A DNA stretch of 62,522 nt, filler included, from Chiloscyllium plagiosum (taxonomy: Eukaryota), in assembly GCF_004010195.1 (NCBI RefSeq). It is 3 parts of one record of this genome, joined end to end, with 100 filler letters (N's around TTAATTAATTAA, not from the genome) between each part and the next. Parts side by side here need not be neighbours in the genome. Positions count along the whole stretch, not along the records: positions 23,585 to 42,066 come from NC_057716.1; 2 more parts are not named here. One strand, 5' to 3'. This document shows positions 23,585 through 35,916 of the stretch, piece by piece. Position 1 is the first letter of the stretch, and every line of letters begins with the position of its first letter. The position numbers were made by a program, and so were the translations under genes. The notes under the pieces are model-generated. The model did no database searches. It was given only the letters and a program-made list of their open reading frames with translations, and was not told where the DNA came from.

Positions 23585-25984
23585 CACAATAAACACTCAC
23601 TCACAATAAACACTCACTTGCATTAAACACTCAGTCGCATTAAACACACACAATAAACACACTCACATGTAACGTTCACTCACATTAAGCGCTCACTCAC
23701 AATAAACACTCACTCACGATAAACACTCACTCACAATAAACACTCACTCAATAAACACTCACTTGCAATAAACACTCACTCGTAATAAACACTCACTCAC
23801 ATTAAACGCTCACTCACATTAAACGCTCACTCAGATTAAACACCCACTCACATTAAACACTCACTCGCAATAAACACTCCTCGCATTAAATGCTCACTCA
23901 CCATAAACACTCACTCACAATAAACACGCACTTAATAAACACTCATGAAAAACACTAATTCGCAATAAACACTCACAATAAACACTCACTCGCAATAAAC
24001 ACTCACTCGCATTAAACGCTCACTCACAATAAACACTCACTCACAAGAAACATTCACTCACATTAAATGCTCGCTCACAATAAACGCTCACTCACAATAA
24101 ACACTCACTCACAATAAACACTCACCTCACTCACAATAAACACTCACTCACAAGAAACACTCACATTAAACGCTCGCTCACAATAAACACTCACTCACAA
24201 TAAACACTCACTCACATTAAACACTCACTCAAATTAAATGCTCACTCACATTAAACACACACACATTAAACACTCACTCACATTAAATGCTCACTCACAA
24301 TAAACACTCACACACAATAAACACTCACTCAAACTCTCACTCACAATAAACACTCACTCGCAATAAACACTCACTCGCATTAAACGCTCACTCACAATAA
24401 ACACTCACTGACAAGAAACACTCACTCACATTAAACGCTCATTCACAAGAAACGCTCACTCACAATAAACACTCACTCACGATAAACACTCACTCACAAT
24501 AAATATTCACTCGCTATAAACACTCACTCGCGTTAAACGCTCACTCACAATAAACACTCACTCACATTAAACACTCACTCACAATAAACACTCACTCACG
24601 ATAAACACTCACTCACAATAAATATTCACTCGCTATAAACACTCACTCGCGTTAAACGCTCACTCACAATAAACACACACTCACGTTAAACACTCACTCA
24701 CAATAAACGCTCGCTCCCAATAAACACTCACTCACAAAAAACACTCACTCGCATTAAACATTCACTCGCATTAAACACTCATTCGCATTAAACGCTTACT
24801 CACATTAAACACTCACACAGAATAAACAATCACACACATTAATCACTCACTCACAATAAACACTCACTCACATTAAACACTCACTCACATTAAACACACA
24901 CTCACATTAAACACACACTCACGTTAATCACTCACTCACAATAAACACTCACTCGCATTAAACACTCACTCGCATTAAACACTGACTCCATTAAACACTG
25001 ACACACAATAAACACTCACTCACGTTAAACGTGCACTCACATTAAACACTCACTCACAATAAACACTCACTCATATTAAATGCTCACTCACAATAAACAC
25101 TCACTCACAAGAAACACTCACTCACATTAAACGCTCACTCAAAATAAACGCTCACTCACAATAAACACTCACTCACAATACACTCTCACTCACAATAAAC
25201 ACTCACATTAAACACTCACTCACAATAAACAGTCACTCACATTAAAAGCTCACTCACATTAAACACTCACACACAATAAACACTCACTCGCCTTAAACAC
25301 TCACTCACAATAAACACTCATTCACATTAAACACTGACTCACAATAAACACTCACTCACAATAAACACTCACTCAATAAACACTCACTCGCAATAAACAC
25401 TCACTCGCGTTAAATGCTCACTCACAATAAACACTCACTCACATTAAANNNNNNNNNNNNNNNNNNNNNNNNNNNNNNNNNNNNNNNNNNNNNNNNNNNN
25501 NNNNNNNNNNNNNNNNNNNNNNNNNNNNNNNNNNNNNNNNNNNNNNNNNNNNNNNNNNNNNNNNNNNNNNNNNNNNNNNNNNNNNNNNNNNNNNNNNNNN
25601 NNNNNNNNNNNNNNNNNNNNNNNNNNNNNNNNNNNNNNNNNNNNNNNNNNNNNNNNNNNNNNNNNNNNNNNNNNNNNNNNNNNNNNNNNNNNNNNNNNNN
25701 NNNNNNNNNNNNNNNNNNNNNNNNNNNNNNNNNNNNNNNNNNNNNNNNNNNNNNNNNNNNNNNNNNNNNNNNNNNNNNNNNNNNNNNNNNNNNNNNNNNN
25801 NNNNNNNNNNNNNNNNNNNNNNNNNNNNNNNNNNNNNNNNNNNNNNNNNNNNNNNNNNNNNNNNNNNNNNNNNNNNNNNNNNNNNNNNNNNNNNNNNNNN
25901 NNNNNNNNNNNNNNNNNNNNNNNNNNNNNNNNNNNNNNNNNNNNNNNNACTCACATTAAACACTTACTCACGAAGCTCACTCAC
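23585..25984 (+). repeat. 17-bp minisatellite (aataaacactcactcac)n, spanning a gap, in the intron 3' of the slc4a3 exon at 25985-26158
   Basis: Clear 17-nt periodicity with aataaa/attaaa variants. The array resumes after the gap at 25949 and ends at the exon donor. Confidence 0.95.
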
Positions 25985-26158
25985 CACCATCAGTTCCCGC
26001 TCTTTGAAAACTTTTGGCAGCAGGTATCGCCGTGTAGGCACCGTCAGGATTAGGAAAAACGGGAATGCTAGGGAGATAATGGTGGACTTGATCACCCAAA
26101 GAACAACGATGCAGATTAACTGGATCATGGTGAAGAGGTTCATCCTCCACGTTTTCAC
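25985..26158 (-). CDS. slc4a3: SLC4 anion exchanger (AE3-like), penultimate coding exon: [58 protein letters not shown]
   Basis: 174-nt phase 0/0 exon with ctgcag acceptor and gtgagt donor. It matches the last transmembrane segments of AE1-3. VKTWRM, SLAFPF and REL are closest to AE3, and synteny with des/dnpep agrees. Confidence 0.9.
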
Positions 26159-26980
26159 CTGCAGGTAAGCAGGAGGTGGTTACATGAAAACAATTGGATT
26201 GTTTTTGAGTGAAACCATTCAAGAGACAGTAACATCCAGGTAACACCACCGGACTAGCAATTAACATTCCCGATATTGAGGAAGTCCAGAACCAGGTGTC
26301 ACAGTCTAATAAGGGAGAAGCCATTCCGGACTGAGATGAGGAAGAATTTCTTCACTCAGGGAGCTGTGAACCTGTGGAATTCTCTTCCACAGGAAGCTAC
26401 TGGGGTCAGTTCATTAGATATATTCAAGAGGGAGCTAGACCTGGTCCTTGCGGCTGAAGGGATTAACAGGTTTTGAGGAGAGAGTGGGAATGGGATACTA
26501 GATCAGCCATGATCATATTGAATGGTGAAGCAGGCTCAAAGGGCCGAATGGCCGACTCCTGCACCTATTTTCAATATTTCTATGTTTCAAATCCCAGCAT
26601 GGAAAGGGGGATAACTTAAATTCAGTTTCAGTGTTGCTGAAAATGAGCACATTTTATGGAAGCTTTTTGTCTTGCATTGATCAGGACACATTGCAAGAAC
26701 AGCATGTCAAGGGGAAAACCAACATTTACATAGCATGAGAGAGTATACAGAGAACATAGAAGAGTACAGCACAGGAAAGCGCCCTTCGGCCCACCATGTT
26801 GTGCTGAACATGACGCCAAATTAAACTAATCCTTTCTGCCTGCCCTTGGCCCATATCCCTCCATTCCTTGTATATTCATGTGCTTGTCTAAAAGCCCCTT
26901 GAACAGCCCTATCTGCCTCCATCACCATCCCTGGCACACTCCTACCACTCTCTGCGTAAAAAGCTTCCCCCTCACATAGG

Positions 26981-29900
26981 GATTCTGGGTAATCCAAGGT
27001 GGAGGATGGGAAACATTTCTGGCTGTAACAAGCTGCTCCTTTTTTGAGGTATTTTAGGTGTTGGAGGTGATTTTCTGGAATTCCAGGGGCAGTAACCACT
27101 GTTTTATATGCTGTTGCATTGTTTGGAACTTTAGAGAAAAAAAAATCAAAACAACAGCAATTGTAAAAGGGAGAAGAACAGACAAAGGAAGCACATGGTG
27201 AGGTCATTGCAGGAGAGAGAGAGAGAGAAAGAGAAAGAGAAAGAGAAAGAGAAAGAAAGAAACCCACATTGCTAACTGACAGAACAGTGAACCTGTGCAG
27301 TTACCACCTTTGTTGTTTGAATTGATGTATCGCTGGACATCGGAGTGTGTCTGGGAAAAGTAAAAAACAGTGAAATTCACAACTGACCTTGGAAGAACCT
27401 GTTTGGGAGAGGTCACAGCACAGAAACAGATAAGTGAATGTTTTTGAGCATGGCCTTAAAATAAGTCTGCAATAGTGAGTAGAGTGGGTTATTTCTTGAT
27501 TATATGTTTTATTGAGCTATGTCCCTTGATTAAACTTAAAATGTAAGCCATAAGTATTAATTTAACCTTGGGAGCAGTGTTTTGTACAGGAATAAGATGG
27601 TGCTATTTTCTGCGTCTGTAGATTGAAAGAAACAAAAATGGCCTTTAGTAGAGTGATATGCTCTTCTTGTCGGGTATGGGAGTTTAGGGAGAGTTTACAT
27701 GTTACTGAGGATTATATCTGCAATAAATGCCGTTGTTTGTGAATCGTATCAGATCGAATGGATCAATTGGAGAGGCAGACAGAGGCAATGAGGAATTTAC
27801 AAGAGCAAGGGGATATGATGGATGGCAGTTATAGGAAGGGAGAAAAGTCTCAGATACTGTCACATAGTTGGGTTAATTCCAGGAAAGGTAAGAGAGGTAG
27901 GCAGGTAGTGCAGGAGTCTTCTGTGGCTATCCCCATTTCAAACAGAAAATGTCCCAAACAGGTTCTTCCAAGGTCAGTTGTGAATTTCACTGTTTTGGAA
28001 AATGTACGGGGTGGTGGATTCTCAGGGGAACGTAGCACGAGCAGCCAAGTTTCTGGTATTGAGACTGGTTCTAATGCAACGAGGGTAAGTCAGGTTCCAA
28101 GCGATTGATTGTGCTAGAGAACTCTCTCGTCAGAGGTACAGACAGACATTTCTGTGGTCAGCAGCGAAAAATCAGAATGGTGTGTTGCTTCCCTGGTGCC
28201 AGGATCAAGGATGTCTCAGAGAGGGTACAGAATGTTCTAAAAGGGGAGAGGTGCCAGCCAGAGGTCACTGTACACATTGGAACCAATGACATAGGAATGG
28301 AAAAGGATGAGATTCTGAAGGAAGATTACAGAGAGTTAGACAGGAATTTAAAAAGGAGGCCCTCGAGAGTAGTAATGTCTGGATTACTCCCGGTGCTACA
28401 AGCTAGTGAGGGCAGGAACAGGAGGATAGAGCAGATGAATGCAAGGCTGAGGAGCTGGTGTAAGGGAGAAGGATTCACATTTTTGGACCATTGGAAGCTG
28501 TTTTGAGGTAGAAGTGACCTGTACACGAAGGACAGATTGCACCTGAATAAAAAAAGGGGACTGATATACTCCAGGGAAATTTGCTAGAGCTGCTCGGGAG
28601 GATTTGGCTAGTAAGGTGGGTGGGTGGGTGGGACCCAGGGAGATAGTGGGGAAAGAGATCAATCTGAGACTGGTACAATTGAGAAAAAAGGCCAGTCAAA
28701 CAGTCAGGGCAGGCAGGGACAAAGCAGAGAACAAGGTAGGACTGATACATTGCATTTATTTCAATGCAAGGGGCCTAACAGGGAAGGCAGATGAACTCAG
28801 GGCATGGTTAGAAACATGGGACTGGGGTATCATAGCAATTACAGAAACATGGCTCAGGGATGGGCAGGACTAGCAGCTGAATGTTCCAGGATACAAATGC
28901 TACACAAAGGATAGAAAGGGGGGTAAGAGAGGAGGGGGAGTGGCATTTTTGATAAAGGATAGCATTACAGCTATGCTGAGGGAGGATATTCCCGGAAATA
29001 TATTCAGGGAAGTTATATGGGTGGAACTGAGAAATAAGAAAAGGATGATCACCTTATTAGGATTGTATTGTAGACCCCCTAACAGCCAGAGGGAAATTGA
29101 GAAACAAATTTGTAAGGAGCTCTCAGCTATCTGTAAGAATAATAGGGTGGTTATGGTAGGGGATTTTAACTTTCCAAACATAGACTGGGACTGCCATAGT
29201 GTTAAGATTTAGATGGAGAGGAATTTGTTAAGTGCGTACAAGACAATTTTCTGATTCATTATGTGGAATAACCTACTAGAGAAGGTGCAAAACTTGACCT
29301 ACTCTTGGGAAATAAGGCAGGGCANNNNNNNNNNNNNNNNNNNNNNNNNNNNNNNNNNNNNNNNNNNNNNNNNNNNNNNNNNNNNNNNNNNNNNNNNNNN
29401 NNNNNNNNNNNNNNNNNNNNNNNNNNNNNNNNNNNNNNNNNNNNNNNNNNNNNNNNNNNNNNNNNNNNNNNNNNNNNNNNNNNNNNNNNNNNNNNNNNNN
29501 NNNNNNNNNNNNNNNNNNNNNNNNNNNNNNNNNNNNNNNNNNNNNNNNNNNNNNNNNNNNNNNNNNNNNNNNNNNNNNNNNNNNNNNNNNNNNNNNNNNN
29601 NNNNNNNNNNNNNNNNNNNNNNNNNNNNNNNNNNNNNNNNNNNNNNNNNNNNNNNNNNNNNNNNNNNNNNNNNNNNGCCTTTGTGTGGAGCCGCAGGAAA
29701 TGGGGGAGATACTAAACGAATATTTTGCATCAGTATTTACTGTGGAAAAGGACATGGAAGATATAGACTGTAGGGAAATAGATGGTGACATCTTGAAAAT
29801 GTTCATATTACAGAGGAAGAAGTGCTGGATGTCTTGAAACACATAAAAGTGGATATATCCCCAGAACCTGATCAGGTGAACCCTCAAACATTGTGGGAAG

Positions 29901-31835
29901 CTAGAGAAGTGATTGCTGGGCCTCTTGCTGAGATATTTGTATCATCGATAGTCACAGGTGAGGTGCCGGAAGACTGGAGGTTGGCTAACGTGGTCCCACT
30001 GCTTAAGAAGGGTGGTAAGGACAAGCCAGGGAACTATAGACCAGTGAGCCTGATGTCAGTGGTGGGCAAGTTGTTGGAGGGAATCCTGAGGGACAGGATG
30101 TACATGTATTTGGAAAGGCAAGGACTAATTACGATTAGTCAACATGGCTTTGTGCATGGGAAATCATGTCTCACAAACTTGACTGAGTTTTTTGAAGAAG
30201 TAACAAAGAGGATTGAGGGTAGATTGGCGGACGTGATCTATATGGACTTCAGTAAGGCATTTGACAAGGTTCCCCATGGGAGACTGATTAGCAAGGTTAG
30301 ATTTCACGGAATACAGGGAGAACTCGCCATTTGGAGACAGAACTGGCTCAAAGATAGAAGACAGAGAGTGGTGATAGAGGGTTGTTTTTCAGACTGGAGG
30401 CCTGTGACCAGTGGAGTGCCACAAGGATCGGTGCTGGGTCCTCTACCTTTTGTCATTTATATAAATGATTTGGATGTGAGCGTAAGAGGGATAGTTGGTA
30501 AGTTTGCAGGTGACACCAAAACTGAAGATGTAATGGACAGCAAAGAAGGTCACCTCAGGTTATAATGGGATCTTGACCCCATGGGCCAATGGGCTGAGAA
30601 GTGGCAGATGGAGTTTAATTCAAATAAATGCGAGGTGCTGCATTTTGGAAAAGCAAACCTTAGCAGGACTTATACNNNNNNNNNNNNNNNNNNNNNNNNN
30701 NNNNNNNNNNNNNNNNNNNNNNNNNNNNNNNNNNNNNNNNNNNNNNNNNNNNNNNNNNNNNNNNNNNNNNNNNNNNNNNNNNNNNNNNNNNNNNNNNNNN
30801 NNNNNNNNNNNNNNNNNNNNNNNNNNNNNNNNNNNNNNNNNNNNNNNNNNNNNNNNNNNNNNNNNNNNNNNNNNNNNNNNNNNNNNNNNNNNNNNNNNNN
30901 NNNNNNNNNNNNNNNNNNNNNNNNNNNNNNNNNNNNNNNNNNNNNNNNNNNNNNNNNNNNNNNNNNNNNNNNNNNNNNNNNNNNNNNNNNNNNNNNNNNN
31001 NNNNNNNNNNNNNNNNNNNNNNNNNNNNNNNNNNNNNNNNNNNNNNNNNNNNNNNNNNNNNNNNNNNNNNNNNNNNNNNNNNNNNNNNNNNNNNNNNNNN
31101 NNNNNNNNNNNNNNNNNNNNNNNNNNNNNNNNNNNNNNNNNNNNNNNNNNNNNNNNNNNNNNNNNNNNNNNNNNNNNNNNNNNNNNNNNNNNNNNNNNNN
31201 NNNNNNNNNNNNNNNNNNNNNNNNNNNNNNNNNNNNNNNNNNNNNNNNNNNNNNNNNNNNNNNNNNNNNNNNNNNNNNNNNNNNNNNNNNNNNNNNNNNN
31301 NNNNNNNNNNNNNNNNNNNNNNNNNNNNNNNNNNNNNNNNNNNNNNNNNNNNNNNNNNNNNNNNNNNNNNNNNNNNNNNNNNNNNNNNNNNNNNNNNNNN
31401 NNNNNNNNNNNNNNNNNNNNNNNNNNNNNNNNNNNNNNNNNNNNNNNNNNNNNNNNNNNNNNNNNNNNNNNNNNNNNNNNNNNNNNNNNNNNNNNNNNNN
31501 NNNNNNNNNNNNNNNNNNNNNNNNNNNNNNNNNNNNNNNNNNNNNNNNNNNNNNNNNNNNNNNNNNNNNNNNNNNNNNNNNNNNNNNNNTAAGGGGCAAA
31601 GTTTTCACACAGAGGGTGGTACGTGTATGGAACGAGCTGCCAGAGGAAGTGGTGGAGGCTGGTACAATTGCAACATTTCAAAGGCATTTGGATGGGTATA
31701 TGAATAGGAAGGGTTTGGAGGGATATGGGCCGGGTGTTGGCAGGTGGGACTAGATTGGGTTGGGATATTTGGTCGGCATGGACTGGTTGGACCAAAGGGT
31801 CTGTTTCCATCCTGTACATCTCTATGATTCTGTGA
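26981..31835 (+). mobile_element. Near full-length CR1/HER1 LINE: 5'UTR, ORF1 (Cys finger + SGNH esterase), AP endonuclease, RT and 3' tail; disrupted and gapped
   Basis: ORF1 MAFSRVICSSC...CNKC and CCFPGARIKDV...HIGTND; endonuclease YFNARGL, AITETWL, GDFNFPNIDW; RT YMDFSKAFDKVPH, GVPQGSVLGP, KFAGD; tail ctctatgattctgtgactcta. Confidence 0.95.
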
Positions 31836-31839
31836 CTCT

Positions 31840-33205
31840 ATCTCTTTTGAACTTTCCCCCTCTCACCTTAAATGTATGCCCCCTAGTTTTAGACATTTCA
31901 ACTCTAGGACCGTCAACCCTATCTCTGCATCTCACAATTTTATAAACTTCTATCAGGTCTCCCATGAGCCTCCGCTGCTTCAGGGAAAACAACCTGAGGT
32001 TTTCTAGCCTCTCCTTATCGCTCATACCCTCTAATCCAGGCAGGATCCTGGTAAACCTTTTCTGCACCCAACCCAAAGCCTCCACATCCTTCCAGTAATG
32101 GGCGACCAGAGTTGAATGCAATACTCTTAGTGTGGCCTAACCAAAGTCTTATAAAGCTGCAACATGACATCCTGACTCTTGTACTCAACTCCCTGACCAA
32201 TAAAGGTAAGCTTGTCATATGCCTTCTTTACCACCATATCTATTTGCATGCTCACTATCAGGGAACTATGGACTTTGAGCCTCAAGATCCCTCTGCACAT
32301 CAGTGCTGCTCAGGGTCGTTCCATTAACTGTACAACACATCAGACTTACCCAGATTAAACTCCATCTGCCATTTCTCTGCCCATATCTGCAGTTGATCCA
32401 TATCCCGCTGTATCCTTTTACAACCTTCTACTCTTTCTACACCTCCACCGATCTTTGTATCGTCTGCAAACGTAGTAACCTATCCATCTATATTTTCATC
32501 CAAGTTATTTGTATGTATCAAACAGCAGAGATCCCAATCCCTGTGGAACTAGTCCTGGAACCCCAGCCTGAGGAACAACCTTCCACCGCTACCCTCTGTC
32601 TTCTATGGGCAAGCCAATTCTGAACCCACATGGCCACGTCACCCTGGATCCCATGCATCTTAATCTTCTGGATGAGCCAAACATGAGGATCTTGTTGAAA
32701 GTTTTACTAAAATCCATGTAAACAACATTCACTGCTCTACCCTCCTCATCGATCACCTTTGTTACTAGGTTAGTAAGACATGACCTACCCCACACAAGGC
32801 CATGCAGAGACTGTCCCTTGCAAATGTGTGTAAATCCTATCCCTAGGAATTCTGTCCACTAGCTTCCCAACCACCGAGGTGAGACGCACCGTTCTATAGT
32901 TTCCTAGATTATTCTCATTTACTTTCTTCAACAGAGGAACAACATGAGCTACACGCTAGTTCTCTGGGCCCTCTCCATTGCCTAGCGAGGATACAAAGAT
33001 CTTTGTCAAGGCCCCAGCAGTCTTCTGTCTTGCCCAACTCAGTAACCTGGGGTAGATACTATTGGGCCCCAGGGACTTCTCCACCTTAATGTTCTTCAAG
33101 AGATCCAACACCAGTTCTTTCTTGATCTCAAAATGCCCTAGCATATCAGCATGCTCCACACAAATCTCACTATCCTCCATACCCTCCTCCTGGGTGAATA
33201 CTGAC
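31840..33205 (-). mobile_element. Older CR1 LINE on the minus strand, host of the two + strand LINEs (other pieces at 26750-26980 and 37143-38425)
   Basis: VVYMDFSKTFNK and KSLGPNSIYPRLL here; endonuclease GDFNFSNIDW at ~37800-37900. The pieces are collinear across the insertions. Confidence 0.8.
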
Positions 33206-34604
33206 GCATTAGGCAACTGGAACTGGTGCTGGATGAACTTCGGATCATTTGGGAGGCGGAGGGGGTTACTGAGAGGAGTTACAGGGAGGTAGTCACTCCT
33301 CAAGTACAAGAAAAAGGCAGATGGGTTACAGTCAGGGGATAGAAAGGGAACCGGCAGGCAGCGCAGGGATCCCCTATGGCCACCCCCCTCAATAACAAGT
33401 TACTATTTGGATACTGTTGGGGAGGGGGGACTTACCAGGGGAAAGCAGTGGGTTAAAGGTCTCTGGCACAATGTCTGTCCCTGTGGCTCAGAGGGGAAAT
33501 GGGGGAGGGGGAGCAAAGGTTTAGTCATTGGGGACTCCATAGTTAGGGGGACAGATAGGAGGTTGTGTGGGGAAGAGAGAGACTCACGGTTGATGTGTTG
33601 CCTCCCAGGTGCCAGGGTTCGTGATGTCTCTGATCGTGTTTTTGGGATCCTTAAGGGGGAGGGGGAGCAGCCCCAAGTCGTGGTCCAAATAGGCACCAAC
33701 GACGTAGGTAGGAAGAGAGATGGGATTTAAGGCAGAAATTCAGGGAGCTAGGGTGGAAGCTTAGAGCTAGGACGAACAGAGTTGTTACCCGTGCCACATG
33801 CTAGTGAGGCGAGGGATAAGGAGAGAGAGGAGTTGAACAGGTGGCTATAGGGAAAGTGCAGAAGGGAGGGTTTCGGATACCTGGATAAAGGGAGGGATAT
33901 CAATATCCTGGGGGGAAAATTTGCTAATGGTCTTTTGGGGGGATGGGTTAGACTAATTCAGCAGGGGGATGGGAACCTAAATTGTAGTTCGAGTACACAG
34001 GAGGTTGACAGTAGTGAGGTCAGAAATAAGGTTTCAAGGTCGCAAGAAGGCACCAGCAAGCAAGAAGTTGGTTTGAAGTCTTCAATGCCAGGAGCATCCG
34101 GAATAAGGTGGGGGAACTTGCATCATGGGTTGGTACCTGGGACTTCGATTTTGTGGCTTATCCGGAGACATAGATAGAGCAAGGACAGGAATGGTTGTTG
34201 CAGGTTCCGGGATTTAGATGTTTCAGTAAGAACAGAGAAGGTGGCAAAAGAGGAGGAGGTGCGGCATTGTTACTCAAAGGCGGTATTAAGGTAGCAGAAA
34301 GGACTTTTGAGGATACGTCTACTGAAGTAGTATGGACTGAGGTTAGAAACAGGAAAAGCGAGGTCACCCTGTTAGGGAGTTTTCTCTAGGCCTCTGTATA
34401 GTTCCAGAGATGTAGAGGAAAGGAAAGCAAAAATGATTCTGGATAGGAGTGAGAGTAACAGGGTAGTTGTTATGGGGGACTTTAACTTTCCAAATATTGA
34501 CTGGAAATTGATATAGTTCGAGTACTTCAGATGGGTCAGTTTTGGCCAATTTCTGCACGATGGTTTCCTGACATAGTATGTACACAGGCCAACAAGGGAC
34601 GAGG

Positions 34605-34821
34605 AGAAAGTGAGGTCTGCAGATGCTGGAGATCAGAGCTGGAAATGTGTTGCTGGAAAAGCGCAGCAGGTCAGGCAGCATCCAGGGAACAGGAGAATCG
34701 ACGTTTCGGGCATAAGCCCTTCTTCAGGAAAGATTCCTGAAGAAGGGCTTATGCCCGAAAAGTCGATTCTCCTGTTCCCTGGATGCTGCCTGACCTGCTG
34801 CGCTTTTCCAGCAACACATTT
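34605..34821. mobile_element. Fold-back PLE-derived mini-element, TSD ccaacaagggacgagg
   Basis: Near-perfect inverted repeat centred at ~34732; TSD copies at 34589-34604 and 34822-34837. Confidence 0.9.
34700..34727 (-). ncRNA. Minimal hammerhead ribozyme motif, intact core
   Basis: CTGAAGA-A-GGGC-ttat-GCCC-GAAAC-GTC. Confidence 0.75.
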
Positions 34822-35625
34822 CCAACAAGGGACGAGGCCATATTAGATTTGGTACTGGGTAAAGAACCTGGCCAGGTGTTGGATTTGGAGGTAGATGAGC
34901 ACTTTGGTGATAGTCACCACAATTTGGTTATGTTTACTTTAGCGATGAAAAGGGATAGGTATATACCACAGGGCAAGGGTTATAGATGAGAGAAAGGCAA
35001 TTATGATGAGATTAGGCAAGAATTAGGATGCATAGGATGGGGAAGGAAACTGCAGGGGATGGGCACAATTGAAATGTGGGCTTATTCGAGGAACAGCTAC
35101 TGCATGTCCTTGATAAGTATGTACCTGTCAGGCAGGGAGGAAGTTGTCGAGTGAGGGAGCCGTGGTTTACTAAAGAAGTTGAATCTCTTGTCAAGAGGAA
35201 GAATGCTTACGTTAGGATGAGACAAGAAGGCTCAGTTAGGGCGCTTGAGAGTTACAAGTTAGCCGGGAAGGACCTAAAGAGAGAGCTAAGAAGAGCCAGA
35301 AGGGGACGTGAGAAGTCGTTGGTGAATAGGATCAAGAAAAACCCTAAAGCTTTGTATAGGTATATCAGGAATAAAAGAATCATTAGAATAAGGTTAGGGC
35401 CAATCAATGACAGTATTAGGAAGTTGTACATGGAGTCAGAGGAGATAGGGGATGCACTAAATGAATAACGTTCCTCAGTATTCACACTGGAAAAAGACAA
35501 TGTTGTCAAGGTGAATACTAAGATACAGGATACTCGCTAGACAGGATTAAGGTTCTCAAGGAGGAGGTGTTAGTAATTCTGGAAAGTGTGAAAGTATATA
35601 AGTCCCTGGGCTGGATGGAGATTTA

Positions 35626-35916
35626 GAGCTGAAAATGTGTTGCTGAAAAAACGCAGCAGGTCAGGAAGCATCCAAGGAGCAGGAGAATTGACGTTTCGGG
35701 CATGAGCCTATATTACTAGAAAATTGCCCACAGTATCCGTGGATGTGTAGGTTAGGTGGATTGGCCTCAGTAAGTTGCCTCATTCCTCATTCCTGAAGAA
35801 GGGCTCATTCCCGAAACGTCGATTCTCCTGCTCCTTGGATGCTGCCTGACCTGCTGCGCTTTTCCAGCAACACATTTTCAGCTCTGATCTCCAGCATCTG
35901 CAGACCTCACTTTCTC
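35626..35916. mobile_element. Fold-back PLE-derived mini-element with a SINE-derived spacer, TSD ctggatggRgattta
   Basis: Inverted arms; TSD copies at 35611-35625 and 35917-35931. Confidence 0.88.
35793..35820 (+). ncRNA. Minimal hammerhead ribozyme motif
   Basis: CTGAAGA-A-GGGc-tcat-tCCC-GAAAC-GTC. Confidence 0.7.

Noticed and set aside
22790..25448. CRISPR-like array
   Set aside because: These are head-to-tail tandem units without unique spacers, in vertebrate DNA with no cas genes.
29822..30565. 247-aa RT ORF as an active or domesticated gene
   Set aside because: It is part of a CR1 with stops and frameshifts elsewhere, and the catalytic FADD is changed to FAGD.
10959..31819. Long ORFs in the track containing X runs
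   Set aside because: They are artefacts of translating through N gaps; the flanks are CR1 or SINE sequence.
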